45,414 nt of DNA from Promethearchaeota archaeon (GTDB lineage: Archaea; Asgardarchaeota; Lokiarchaeia; Sigyniarchaeales; SOKP01): contig JARRLT010000002.1 of the NCBI GenBank assembly GCA_037386725.1, positions 1-45,414 of the forward strand, given 5' to 3'. Of this stretch, positions 8,301 to 20,700 are shown piece after piece. A program made the translations under genes and the position numbers. Position 1 is the stretch's first letter. Each line of letters opens with the position of its first letter. The notes below the pieces were generated by a model that was given only the letters and a program-made list of their open reading frames with translations, was not told the DNA's origin and made no database searches.

Positions 8301-8791
8301 TCATAGGTGTAATATTCTCTCCACTCGATGGGGACTCTTACTTGGTAATGCCTGTAAGATTGTAACTCCCATTCAATGGGCTCTCTATGAAGAACTTTTC
8401 TTAAAGAATAATATGATACTTTAATAGAATTTACAGGATAATCAAATGAACCTTCTTGAATCGGAACTTTAGCCACATATAACTCTTTTTCAGATCGGCT
8501 CATATCGGTATAGGGATTAACGCCTTTAGTAATAAGGCCCGTTATTGAACACCGGACATCTATCTTTATTTTAGCATTTTTGTAATTTCTAAGCTGGGAA
8601 TATCGATCCTCGCTTAATACTATAGGTTTATAGAGTGGATTTATAGGTAAAGTATAACTATTAAGACCTTCATTTTCATTTACAAAGATATATTGTGGTT
8701 TTTGATTTAAAACGGTTGGAATTATTCGATTATACTGAATTATAATTTCTAAATTGAAGATTCGCGTTGTACTCATAACCCTTTTCTTCAT
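2165..8791 (-). CDS. Giant ORF-C: 2,208-aa non-repetitive K/E/L/F-rich protein of unknown function, last gene of the cassette
   Basis: Uninterrupted 6.6-kb frame in AT-rich DNA, where off-frame ORFs in the track are at most 107 aa. ATG at 8791 (GGAG 12 nt upstream) or ATG at 8776. It overlaps the ORF-B 3' end by 62 or 47 nt. The first ~210 aa look beta-rich. Hydrophobic or amphipathic segments follow at aa ~271-315 and 449-477. The remaining ~1,700 aa look helix-rich. By eye I found no Walker A, HExxH or other catalytic signature. Confidence 0.8.
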   Translation of the reverse strand: MKKRVMSTTRIFNLEIIIQYNRIIPTVLNQKPQYIFVNENEGLNSYTLPINPLYKPIVLSEDRYSQLRNYKNAKIKIDVRCSITGLITKGVNPYTDMSRSEKELYVAKVPIQEGSFDYPVNSIKVSYYSLRKVLHREPIEWELQSYRHYQVRVPIEWREYYTYDLTEENSKLLTQDQYEIKDGNIYFYEPLEDLVTPVMSSGSAYYTVTINFNKLVKESDTNSINGITYDQLALYQATQYAIMDYFAQATFAERMSYVMAEVAHTTRVTIESTFWTTIISTGMNIGTEGLISFVKGGTGALVNSLLTNIIKFPISLIKEPVEEVIEEIFLDEYIESWAEGYATSKGWDQNAIFWFQNILTSLRETLMGPLGRLAIKGGAWISSKLKIDVWSDYRSWYSNAKAESGLSNSEFRAKFAEEIRNQYNEAARLASEQSARGGKVINFLKSNALRGFLMAIPSFLFGDLFSGSVVTLTGILGDVDEYVGEKFNNYLKNKIADYYRRKNMANVFGLEPTSPIVRGLIKIKTFLFGDPIQRALFKRAHENNPSIAVTPFINPDPRNDRIPFKNLFVEYDPLQDIDTYEPPTYSDWRSNLGPSREQQFQLLKDLVKEIKTKVQNVKHLSLEERYLSKEEGTTIKLSIEGDSLPLASEASTIDPDYEFLGEKTSFEFKPSWTKKVFEQEIRKQILDKYGKKLREEYGLNRKNLEIKVVYGGFSNQYEDKKWDDNTNIINILKEIYWEETGQPLYTDSDEMIKQQLEDYFTSERPFRIYWVNREYSSDLDTDIEFHLVTKDALISCDFRSGYNLQYAIENFNDFENMEKVFTEAWDKPIKAFKTKFKELIGSGVDSVAKRTWLKKKLKTMTEETYLGKIDQIMDTLGLSDAEKKEFHEQYEDEYNEMLQDIIQTKFNEVLDKTSNNLINFYLERVLKIVTYEHLMRNEFGFHNLKTENEIEISQTVQETFAEYANDKKKLEELSTEMREWLCSEGIEVLIRTLTEAFNPLSFVGGMKLDIMSTTFHGWKGESDYFFNLELNPTDLFAEFWAVKGYLYAKYQFVEFNPGQFDRKLNEHFREVLGKDSYSALLEFLNNEIDMVKKFKEFPKNGREFDGFVKYLAQKLPDGTTQIKKSISTHIKSYRSSTNEKMKRSVERIVENLPVDVIGTLLPEFLFHFSRTMSLKNVLGPEHISFLVSPITDSSMIYEMFKNYVKITKIKDIKNIKGISKGKLHMELMERIVDFINGKNLFNGLLSEGQCEDKLDEFFNTNEAYFKIKEFALEIYSKEKGLVEDITKFAQLLENWDQEYEEIMDTFTMDAGKLLRELPNNKFILIWQEVIVHYFKSDIKARTILFPAEFKIYDSATSTLKTINEIGDREISSVMVHMYNKRTGERGMISAMYLEDLPTDWCLGFYDSDKQLILPDIFITDEEGYLLNGLISLDFENKQFKIEKENWFEKYLHSNIIETTRGDMLINHYRSMVKITGEKLIPFFQRDILNTRFIEKYQGIFPYNLYKESKINKGYNEGVIIKEEKEIDKNDWIINQMDTLFFKLYKLIGIKSLSEKIQELAFRDDLFNLLEDKIKYTYNGYQEIFNTLIGNFGSDSNKFEEINRYATKEYKDGILIDIKRNPSFAGNLGFFKTWFQIIKKDIEIRGENSYFRNFPREYVGLSFDNEEDIPELFEAVKEQLLDLLGYPTLMLLYLGIMHISKLNGQFIFNFWGVGQSFNNNWEVETSKHKKISLGSMLFESKVIPNGKRGEHPFSYGSKNKKTLYNAFISLFTQGFEISFELNNHEEPLLLEINPNKIGITRFIDELTNLYNPKTSTDYYKVTIFIYNRYWNFVNEIEGPDKIVNGKRLLMEKIFPLVEKAVTDKLKRSWPNQFENGNPKDWVRRTVEMALYTFGYYIDRPSKTETREGRSNLNFIEILRYALYSGTNALLQLKGATRGGTGPLSTIRPNDFFHSDFQVEVPFEILRSIEKDIIYALTFTPHSDYSSENNEHQPGYILDYLEHLNEERKGRFKDAYIFFYKLFKQHKDDGPFTITFSAETGAGINIARGLISSKFYEYGITESQIKFDPKNENELHEAIQTMLFYTSFNPRIMAIVQQGELTNIDKMTPHFLTFGRGKLYDTSYLLSSSQRERDRFNCPSWWGEKEGEFQMIMREFNGYDNHLGVFRETDFVDITVFTNRGTDIGRARFMFEHFAEFLRFSKFVLNSSNI
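7361..7981 (-). other. Hydrophobic/amphipathic, Gly/Ala/Thr-rich segments in ORF-C; possible membrane-interacting region
   Basis: FWTTIISTGMNIGTEGLISFVKGGTGALVNSLLTNIIKFPISLI (aa ~274-317) and GFLMAIPSFLFGDLFSGSVVTLTGILG (aa ~451-477). The second is long and hydrophobic enough for a TM helix. Confidence 0.35.
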
Positions 8792-11700
8792 AGATATAAT
8801 AATCTCCTGTTAGCAAGAGATAATCCAAATTTAAATTATCAAAATCATATCCTCTCATCAGACCAGGATATCCACCATTAGTGATAAGATTACATGTATT
8901 TTTGAAGTTCTCGGGATCGTCCCATTTACTAGGTCGTGGAGGATAGGTAAGAACGTAGGCTTGATATGGATTACTTGAATCCATAGTCTTAACTAAGGTA
9001 TAAAATGCACCGGGATGCCCAAACAAGTAAGAATTTGCTAGTCCTACATCTGAAGCTACTTTTTGATTTAACGATTTTGTAGATTGTCTCTGCTGTCCAA
9101 TTGGGTTATAGGTAAATGCTTTTTGAAAGCTCGCAGAATGTTGTCTCTGAATAAACATGTTCGCTTCACTAAGAAGGGAATAAGTTACGGTATAAGCTGC
9201 AATACCTGCCGCAACACTCCATCCGTTTATTTCTCCTATACCACATGTTAAGGCGCTTACAGTTATTCTAGCGGCTAAGGCAGCTATGGCAGCAGAAGTC
9301 CCAATTACTATTTGATCAGTTACGTCTCTATCTTTTCGCTTAAGGAAACTATCCCATGTGGTTGAAAAAGTTTTCCTTCTTACCTCTTTATAAAATTCTG
9401 AATACACTTCATTATTATTCGGAATTAATTTATAAATCTCAAAAAGTTGATCTTTTACCCTATAATCTTTTTCTCCATTATCGAAGTTTGGGAATAATTG
9501 TTCTACCAAGTCAATTTTACCAAAATCGAAAGCCCAATAATTGGACATAATAAAACTCGGGATTTGTATATTGTGGTTATTCTCCATTCTTAGTTCATAG
9601 AGCCCATTATATCGTACATTCAAATCTCGCTTTTCATATACATCAAAATTTGGATCTCCATCGTAATTGTAACCTATCGCAAGTACTTTATAATCTCCCT
9701 CATAACTTATAAGATAATCGTATGAAGACCAAGCGTTAATTGGCATATCATCAAAATAATCTATCATATTTCCTGGAATATCATTAGAATTTATATGATA
9801 ATGAATGTTGCTCCAATCGCTTGGTTGAATAACATAAATGGTATCATAGTATGAATTTCCATCAGTATCAACATAGAGATAAGAACCGGAAACCTTATCA
9901 ATTCCCGCTTGATGTTTTTCAAGGTCACTAGTATATATAACTCCATCTATTGGGGTAATTACCACACCTTCTATTTCGAATGTGACATCTCCTTCATCAG
10001 TGATCGTGTTGGAATTTTCTTTAAGATAATCATTAAAAAGACTATAGCGATTTGGTATGGTGATCGTAACTGTTTTCTCAAAGTGATTTTCTCGTTCGAT
10101 ATCATTACCGCTTGATCTTATAAGTTCATCAAATTTAACGGGAACATTATCTACGTTCCATGTTTCTCTATTCCACGAAATATTTGAAGGATCGGTAAAA
10201 GGGATTTGAGGATTAAATGTGACATTTATTGTGTCTCCTGTACTGATATCTGTAAGCGTGTGAGAAGTAAAAATATTACTAAACATGCTTCCCACATTTA
10301 TTGAGGTTCCGTATGAATCAAAAATATCTGAATAAACCCTCGTTTCTTCAATTTCACCATTATTCCAATCGTTATAGATCAAATTTTCTTCAACCGAAGT
10401 TTTACTAACTTCTTCTTTAGTAATTCTTTCGAATTTTCTATAGGTTGCTTCTAAAGTACTGAAGATACCGGTCAATTGATCAACAAACCAAGTATCAAGT
10501 CGTCTCTGCTGAATGCCAAGCCAACCATTTTCAATTGCATTCATCGTTAAATCATCAGTAAAGAGTAAATTGTCAACACCCATCATGTTATAGATATGAT
10601 GAAGTATAAGATAATGCTCAAATCTTAACGGTTGAGCTGCCATTATGATGGTCTCTTTAGAATATGTACTATAACTTGAGGTTTGGGAACGTTTATAATG
10701 TGAAACTTCATGATCTATATTTCCGTCTTTATTATCATCAAGATAAAAGGTTTGAGACTCTTCCACAATATTTTCCTCGACGCTAACATATTCATCTAGC
10801 ATCTTTCTGGCCCAATAATCAAGGTTAGGAACCATTACAGCAAAAAGAGGTCCTAATCCAATAAAGGAGGTTAAAAGTTCTCTAAAATAATTTAAAAGGA
10901 AATTGTCAGTTGTATAATGAGCAAACTCGCGCTCGTCTAAGTTGAACCAACTCGTATCTTTCTGGGCGAAATTTTTATCATATTTCGTTTCACTTGAAGA
11001 TGATTGATGCATTGTCAAATACCATACAATAGAACCATCTGAGTCTTCTTGCCCATATTGGATAATATCTATTACATTATCCTTATCTATATCAATAGTT
11101 TGCTTATAATCAACAACATCATCCCCGCCTATATCTGCTTTGTATAAAATATTAGAACTATCATAATATAGCCCAAATTTGTCGTAGAGAGTTGATTCAT
11201 TATAGCAAAGAATTTTCTTAGTATTCATATCAATGATATTCGGATTTCTGCAATAATCTATCGCCTCAAAACTGGTGGAATCGGTTATACTCTCATAAAA
11301 AACTTCTTTCCCAAAACTTACGTATCTATCATAATAAATAAGGTAATAATCATAAAAGGATTCTGAAGCGTTCTGTATATATAGATTTCTACATCGAGAA
11401 TTAAATTGGATTTCAGAATAACTTGAAACAGGTCCTGCGGTATAATTTAAAATAACCGTAATAAGATCAAAATCATCTAGGTGATGTTGGTCTTGATTAA
11501 TATCTTGAATTCTTAATTGATTATTTTCTAAATCTAAAGTTAATATATAATCGTCTCCATCTTCAATATTGGTATTACCGAAAGTTTCATTTAGACCGAT
11601 CACTCGATAGATACTCACGTTGAAAAAGTCCTCTTTCAAGGAAGAATCAATATCAAACGTAAATGTATAATCTATCGTATCCTCATAAACCTTGAACGAT

Positions 11701-14700
11701 TCAGAATAATATTGAGTGATATTATATTCTGGGATCGACAGGTTATTATATAATTGACCATCTATAAGTTCATAATAGGGATCTAATGAATATTCATTTT
11801 CATAATAAATCTCAAAAGAATTAAAGTCTATATTAGGCTGATCAATCCTTATAGGTTCTTCCCATGAATCATTTGTGCAAAATTCAATAAATAAATCTGT
11901 ATCTGGCTCAATCATTACTGGAAATTGAACTTGACTACCAAAATATTCTTGATATTCATCGAAATTGGTATTCCAGAAGAAATAATTTCCTGTGGTATTG
12001 TATAATAATTGGACAGAATTCTGATCTTGACTTCCAAGAACCTTTGCGCTATAATAATTATAGTTCGCATCATAAATCTTTAAATTCTCAACCCACGATG
12101 AGTTTGGATAAAATAAAGGCTCCGCATCAAGATCAAATATATACTTATCTTGCTCTGGATTAGAGCTTGAATTAAAGACCTGCAATTCTGAATAACTCCA
12201 TACTCGAGCATAGTCTGTTTCAAGAATACTTTTCGCTACGCCGGACTCTTTGCGAATCATAACTTCATTTATCGTTAATTCATAGCTCGGATCATTCATA
12301 GTAAATACCAAGTCTGAAAAATCAATATATCCATCACTAGCAAAATCGGAAAGAGTACTAAAATCTAAATCGAGTTTAACTTGTTTATAGGTATTGGTAA
12401 ATTCAGTATCGAATGGAGTTAATTCAATCGGAACTTGATAGTAATATTCGTTAGTAAAATCGGTATAATTATACTCATCGTAAGTATTTACAAAAAGTAA
12501 TTCTGTTTTGGGTATATTATAATCTTTTTCTAAACTTTCCCTTTCTAGATACATTTTCCCGATGGTTAAGGATGCTCCTCTTTTTACAGGAGAGTCATAC
12601 CTAAGCAATAAGAAATCATCATTTTTGAATTGTAAGATCTCTGATGGATTATTTTGAAGAATGTATTCCTTTGGTAGATTAATGGAGTACGAAATTATAT
12701 TCCCATCTTCATCTTCTTCGGTAGTAAAGAAAGGTTTCTTTTCGACAAAATCAAGAACCTCAAGTTCATCATTGAAAACAAGGATTTTATCTTGTTCATA
12801 TGTGTCAGAAGCCACATCCTTATCTAACTTAATTTCAACATATTCTGTTCCATTATGATTGAAATATTTGTCCCCCTCCCATTTTACATATTGAAATTGG
12901 GGATTTATATCATTGTCTGGATGATAAATACCTGTACTCTTGAATTCTATTGAAATATCTAGTAATGAAACTTCTGATATATGGTCTTGGGGTAAGGAAA
13001 TCTTCAACTGACCATCATAATTCCGGTAATTTTCTGCGGAAATATACTGAGTATCTATTAAATGGCTGCTGGAATCTTTTAATCGAATAATAAACCTGTT
13101 TATACCCTCAATATTAGTGATGGCAGTAGAGAGATATAAGTTTATGAAATCTCCTTGTTCAAATCTATTTAAAATATTCCCATAACCCTCCAACTCCTCT
13201 TGCAAATTAAAACGAAGTATTTCTCCAGATTTAAGATGAGTCATTATTTCTGAAGCATGACACTTAGCATTCGTGTAACCGATATCTTTCTCGTTTGAAA
13301 AATAGGGTGCGTCTAAGTTAGGTATTACATCAAGACCATTAACTCCCAAAATATCCCAATTTGACACTTTTAAAGTTTCTTCTAAATCAGATTCGCTTGG
13401 ATTATAAGTAAATAAGTAACTTTCATATTCAGAATCAAATATTCCATTCTCAAAAGAAACGAAAAATTTGGTTACATTATTTACAGTTGTTATTTCGTTT
13501 CCATTATCTAAAATAACGATCTTATTAGAATTCTCATTTACATAATAATCGTTATTTTCTAAGAAAACGATTTCCTCATTTTCACCATAATAATAGACCT
13601 TGAGTGCAACATCATTGTTTACTTGCATTTCATCCATATATTCTTCTAAAGGTGAAGGTATATAGGTAAACTCATAACCGCCTAATTGGGAGTTATAATC
13701 AGTATAATTAATCGTAAATTCTTCTTCATAATAGTTTCTCTCATTAAACCTATATGAAAGATAAAGAGAATATTTATCTTCTATAGAAAGGGAATATTCA
13801 AAAGGGGATATGATACTCCCTCCACTTAACTTTCGATATTTTTCCCGATATATGCTTTGATCTTCTTCAAATGAATCTGAAAAACCATTTGTATATAATG
13901 TTAAATGCTTTCTCTCCAAAATACCTGGCTCCAATTTGCATTTATATTGGATTTCAACATTGCTTTGGGGGGATATTCCAGCGTTTTCATCAAAGTATAT
14001 TAATCTATTTTCTATTTTTAAAACATAATTATTGAACTCTGGAGAGTTAGAATAAATTGGATCCCCCCCATTAATGCTTAAGGACAGATGATACTCGGAG
14101 AAACTATTGTCAACATATTCGTAATTAAATGGAATGCCACTGAGGCTATAAACAGTTTTCGAAGAATTAAATCGTGTTTCAATCTTTAATTTAGACTCAG
14201 GAACTATTTCAAAACCATCTGGAACGTCATCTCTCAGATCATTTAGGTTAATATAGAAATAACTTGTTGAATTCTCGAATTGGTTAATATAATAAAGCCA
14301 TGCCAGATTTGTAAATTTATGAATTCTCTTTTCTTCTGGGTTAGATATATTTTGAATAATGGCATAGATGTATTCGAATATCTGTTCATTACCCCATTGA
14401 TTTTCGGGAACATTATTCATTATTGAAAACGATGCATTATTGTTGTTTTGATAGTATTGAGCAGTTAAATTGGTGAAGATTTCAGGTTGGTATTCAAATT
14501 TGTCTGTGATTTCTTTAATATACTCCTCACTGAAATCATCCCATTCTAATGAAGAGTAATGAACTGTAAAAGAATCATTTTCATTAAAGTCTGGATGTAA
14601 TTTAAAGTTTTCATCATCTATATAAGAATAATCCCACTTAATTTGACTTATCCATGGTTTTAAAGGATCTTCAATAATTTCATAATTAAATCCTTCTTTA

Positions 14701-17700
14701 AAAGTATGGAATGCCGAGTAATCAACCATGAATTTGCTTGCGGGATCTAATAAACCTTTATTTCCGAAATAATATTTATCGACAAAAAAGAGAAGATATT
14801 TACTCTTATTTTCAGAATATGCTAAGCGATAAAAGGATGAATTTAGAATATTTTCAGGTATGAAATAAGATCTTGAATCTCCATTCCAAGGTAATATGCA
14901 ATATGATCCTTGATCTCTTCCAATCGGAAATCCTTGCGTACTTAAGCCGTAATAGTATGGAGCTGAAATAGATCTAATTGCTGCTAATGTGATATTATCT
15001 GGCAATTTCACTCCAAATTTAATAGAAGGTCCTTCCCAGTCTTCGAATATAGAATATAACACAGATGAATTTATATAATCTGAAGACCCGATATCAAAAA
15101 TTTGATGATAATATACACTCCCCGTAACCATTATATTATCCGTTGATAGGAATTGATCGGTAATATTATAAGTATTATCCCAAGATACAGGTACTCTATT
15201 AACAAGTTCTGATTCATATTCTCCATAAAGAGGATTGATGTTTTCAATATGGACTTCCTTAGAATAACTTTTAATCCCATCAAGCTCAGTACCCGAACCA
15301 TAATATAAGTCAAGATAACCTGATTCAATTAGATCCTCATCTAAGTTATAGGAATCAATTAATACCCCCAAATTGGAGGGTAATTTATAATTATTATCAC
15401 GGGAGACTCTAAAAGTCTCTTGAGAACCTCTATAATTAAGACTATAATTTCCCTCTTCTTGGATTAGTGAAATAATATCAGCATATTGGATCCCATCAAA
15501 AGCGACAGTTACTAATGAATTATTAAGTACACCATAACGTTGGATCAGATCTAAGGAATTTAGAGTAAAATAATGATTAGTATTTATTGCCGCTCCTACA
15601 TCTAAAGATCCATTAATATCGGTAGGCATTACATCATATAATTCAAGAAGATAATCATCACATATATAATCAAACTCATCGATTATGAGGTATGGAATAA
15701 TTCTAGGATCATGGGTATTTTGCGAGATTCTTAATATTATGTCAAAACTACTTGTACCATAAGAATCATATACCGCTTGCAAATCTTTATTATATAATAT
15801 CTTATAACTTCCATCTGATTTTAATTGATCTTTAAGGGAATTATAACTAAGGTTAATAGTGATTGAATCATAATAGTATGAATCTAAAGCGTAACTTGAT
15901 ACAAAGAAAAGATCTATAGTTAAAGTATCATTTTCCCCAAAATCTTGAGTTTGATTAACGCAAACTGAATCAAACAAAAAGCTCATATTTATTTCAGGAG
16001 CATATAAAAGAGGTAAATTGTAAATTTCAACTGAAGTGTCGTTTTCTTTATCTAATCCGACATATAAGCTTGGATCTTTTATATAAGATGCTTGGAGGGC
16101 ACCATTTGCATTTATTATGCTATTTTCATAGGTATTACTGCTCAGTAACCTTACAGAATCATAAATCGGTTGATCTTCTACTTGAAATCCTGTTCCCACA
16201 TTATATTGTCTCCTTAAACCATATTTAATCTCAAAATTTTCATTGGGTGGCGTTTCAAACATTATTCTAGGGAATCCATTAAAAATATCTTTTTGAATTA
16301 TCCCATATGTTTTATTTAACTCATCCTCATTAAAGATAACAACTTCGGAGTTATTCCACATGGGAGAAATATCTGCAATACTATAATTTAAAATATAATC
16401 TGATTTTAACCCATCTCCCTTAAAAATATCTACGAATTCTGAATATAAAGGTTTTTCATCTTTTTCTGATTGCGAAGTAAAATTAAATACTATTGTAGAA
16501 ATATTAATATGATTATTATACCCTAAAATTATGTCTGCGAAATTCTTCTGGAAATCAAAATCAAACTTATAGTTTACATAAAATTCACTATTTTCATCAG
16601 GTTTTTGACCATTCTGAGTGAAATTTATTTCAGATAATTCTGATAAAGAATAAACCTCAGCATCATTAAATGGTAAAATATAATCAATTCCTTCTTTGAA
16701 TTGATAATTTTGATCATTCGTTATTCCTGTGACTGACAGAGCGGTTACATTTATTAATCCTAATATGTTTAGATAATCAGCTAAATCATCATTATCAGTA
16801 ATTTGAAATTGGGTATTCTCTTCGTTTGAATAAAAATAATTGACTTCAATTCCAAATGTTTCGTTTGCTGCTTGAGTTCCGATATTCTTTTTTCCCGATA
16901 AAGTGGTTACAGATCTTTGATCAACTTGAATTTCAAGATCAGAATCATGCGATTCAAATCCATCTTCATATAAACTCCATAATTCTGTAGGAGTTGATGA
17001 GGTTGGGTTTTCTTCCACCCGGAGATCAAGTAAAACAATCTCCACATTCCTACTTTCATTATATATGGAGTTCTTATTTTCGGAAATATCAAAAATTAAT
17101 TTGACTTTACACGAGAGATTTAAAATCCAAGCATCTTCTGGCCCTAATCCGATATCGAATTTCATAAAGCCATCATGATTAAAAGGTTGGAGCTTTACAT
17201 TCTCTCTTAAGGGAAATTCTTCTTCATTTCCTTCATCATTTATTATCGTACAGTTTACGTTTAATGTAACTACATCAAAATAAGAAATATCATGTTCTTC
17301 TCCAATATCGGTAAAATTCCCATTTACATAAAGTGTTCCTATAATATGGGGATAATTGCTTTCAAAATACATTGGATCCTCTCCTCTATATGCTTGACCG
17401 TAAGAAGCTATCAGTGGTTCAATTAGATCGATCTTAGTTTGCTTTTGACCAAACTTAAACCAATTATCCGTAATTATTTCAAAAGGTATAACAACAGGTT
17501 GAGTTTCTTTATATAAAGGAGAACCCAATACTGTAATTTTTATTGAATGAACACCATACCCCAATTCATTAACAATTTCTGCGGTAGTAAAGTTATCAAA
17601 CATAATTTTTCCATTTTCTTCGATCTCGGAATACATATACTTTGCAGGAATAGATTCTTGGGATCGGTAAAATTCCACTAATGCAACATGGGAAAATTTT

Positions 17701-20700
17701 TTGTTTAATAGGGAGATTCCATTAGATTCCATATCATGCACATCTCGTATAGATAATAGTTCTTCCAAAGATATTTGCCCATCTTGAATCGGTTTTCCTC
17801 CCGTTAGTCTCACATTAAGATAAAGGGGGTCATAAGGTAAAGATTGATTTCCTGTTACATTATATGCGGGCATCTCATATCGTACTGTGTCTTGAGCACT
17901 CAAAATAGCATCTTGCTTATGAAGTCTTATTAAACCTTCTGCATATGTACTATCTCTTAGAAATAATTGCTCAAAATCATAATCTTCGATTATTTTTCCC
18001 CCTGTAAAGACATCTTCAGAATCACTACATAATAGTCCTTTATTATTATACATCGCAAAATCTTCCCAAGAAAATTGCGAAGTAAATGCTCTAATATAGA
18101 GAGTTACATTTTCAATTGAGTCTATTTCTTTTCCGAATATTCTATAATAATCATCCAAATAGTTATTATTAAAAGATAAATCAAAATTTGCAATTCCTTG
18201 AGCATCCGTTATCGCATAATTCCAATAATATGGCCCATATTTGGTTATATTCCCTTCTGGACTTTTAAGAGAATAAGTAATAGGTTTTGAAAACATTTTT
18301 GATGGAGATTCTCCGGGACCGATAAAAGTTATTGAATCTGTGCCTAAACTCTCATAATAAGGATGAAAACCATCTTCAGTGGTATAACGAGTATCTAAAT
18401 ATTCGGTCTCTGCTTTTGGTGTAAATCCTATTTGAAGCCAAACTATTTTATCTGTCAAAGCTTGACCACTTTCTTTATCAGTTAATTGAAATTTAAATTT
18501 ATGATCATTATTTATAGAGAGGTCCAATTGAAACGCAGTATATTCTTCATTGCTTTCTAATGTTTCTAATGGGTTAAAGGTATATTGATAATCTCTCTTT
18601 TCGATGTATTTTGATGAGGATAATATTAAAGTCTCATCGATTCCGTCTGAAATAAATTTTAATTTGGATTTATCTGGAGTTGTTTTCACTTTAATAGTTT
18701 TATACCAGTTTTCATTTTCTTTATATCCATAAATTTTTTGACCCGCTACCTCATAATTTAGCAATATTTCTTCTTGACGTGATTTATTATATAGTTCGGA
18801 TGGTAAATAAGCTAATCGAATGTTATTTAGTCTTGTGCCTCCTAAAGGTAAAGAAAGGGGAGAATCAATTGAAAACTTCTGCTCGTACTTAAAGGTTCCT
18901 AATGAATCTATTGAAGTATAATCAATTGGAATATAATTTCCTTGAGAATCTTGTTGTAGGATGAGTAAATTGTTGGATAAGTCAAGCAATTTATCATAAG
19001 AGGTAAAATATTCTATATATACAAGATCGAATGCAGTAAGATTCTCATGATAAAATGCGGAATTATACGGATCTAATAAAATTAAGGTAGATCGATCATC
19101 GCATAAATAATAATCTGATGAAGCTAATTCAACAAAAATACTTTCATTATCCGCATCAACAATTTTAATAGAGTTGATTCTTAGAGATCTATAATCTAAA
19201 GCAATTGGTCGAGCTGTATAATAAAGCACTTCTAATTTATCTCCGACATCATAATGAGGGTATTGAATGGTTAAATCTCCAAATTCATCTATATCCCACG
19301 AATAATTATCTGGGGATAAAATTACAAAATTTTCGCTATTAGATTTATTTATTGAAAGCATCGTAACACCTCCAATTCCTAGTTCAATTTCTTGAGAGTC
19401 GTATGTATAGGTTGGACCATGAATAGTTATAGTTGAACCTTCAAATTGCTGTTTATAAAATTCCCGTTGGATGGATTTAATATCCGTTATATTTCCTTCA
19501 GTTATCCATTTATTTGAAATCGGATCAAATTTTGCGAAAGGTATTTCAAGGAGATTTGATCCAAGAGATCTATTAAATTCGTCTACTTGAGAAAATGAAA
19601 CAGGGGAAATTGGATCTCCTCTTAAAATATAGGAAATTAAAAGTTTAGTGTCATAATCAATAAATTGAGGGGAAGTTGTATTCCAAAAAATATTAAGGTA
19701 ATATTCATTGTTCTTGTAAAAGATTTCGGGATCTTTATAAGAGAGAATATTTCTATTCTTATAATCCACATCGTCAATTGAGGAATATAATGGTTTAATT
19801 TGAGTATTTTTATCAATGTAATAAATAGCAAATTCATTATAATTCATAAACTCTTTATCATCATATGGTGCAGTAAATTGAAGCTTATGAGTAGTAGTAT
19901 TATCTAAAGCTTCTTGATAATTATAAAGGTATACTTCATCCTCAACAAAATATTCTTTATCTTCAACAACACACCCTTTTATTAATATCGTTTCTCCATA
20001 CTCCACCTCGAAATATTCTTGTTCTAAGAAAATCGGACGAATTGAGTCAAGGTCTTTTTGGATTATCTCAACTTTGATTGTTTCGTTTAAAAGAATTTCA
20101 TGAATGGGAGACCCTAAAGAGTATAAAGATAGATTATAAACTGATAAAAATCGGGGTACAGTAAATTTGGAATAATAATAACTTTCAGTAAATCCTGCTA
20201 ATGAGTTAAGATCTAATTTATTAACATAATGAAGTCCACCTAAGCTGAGGATGTCTTCCATGGATGTTAAATTGGATAAGGAAAGAGGAATTTCTACAAA
20301 ATCTTCAAGTGGGATCTTGTCACTAGAATGATTGAATCTGCAATTAAGTTCGATAATATCAGAATATTTCATCTTAGTAAATGCTGAGATTTCGGTTCTA
20401 TTGTAAAAAAGGGTTATATCCGTCAAATTTATTTTCATTCTTTGGATTTTAATGAAAGAATTTGCGTAAAAATTAAAGTAATTTGGTGCTTTTACTGTTA
20501 TATTGGAATATATTACAGAATCTTTTAATACCTGTTGATCGGCAATTAAATTATATAATCTTATATCATGCAAGAGAACTTTTTGATACGGTAAATTAGC
20601 AATATCATAATTTTCCTCAGATTCAATAAATGAATTTGGCCAATGTTCTGGATCAGAAACAAGAATGTCAATAGATTCCAAATATTTCAAATTAAAAGAA

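Noticed and set aside
8730-8809. Possible frameshift fusion of ORF-B and ORF-C, analogous to the A/B junction
   Set aside because: It would need a +1 (or -2) shift, and the overlap (…TATGAAGAAAAGGGTTATGAGTAC…) has no long homopolymer or recognised slippery motif. ORF-C has its own ATG (8791) with GGAG 12 nt upstream, plus a second ATG at 8776. Independent or coupled initiation is the simpler reading.
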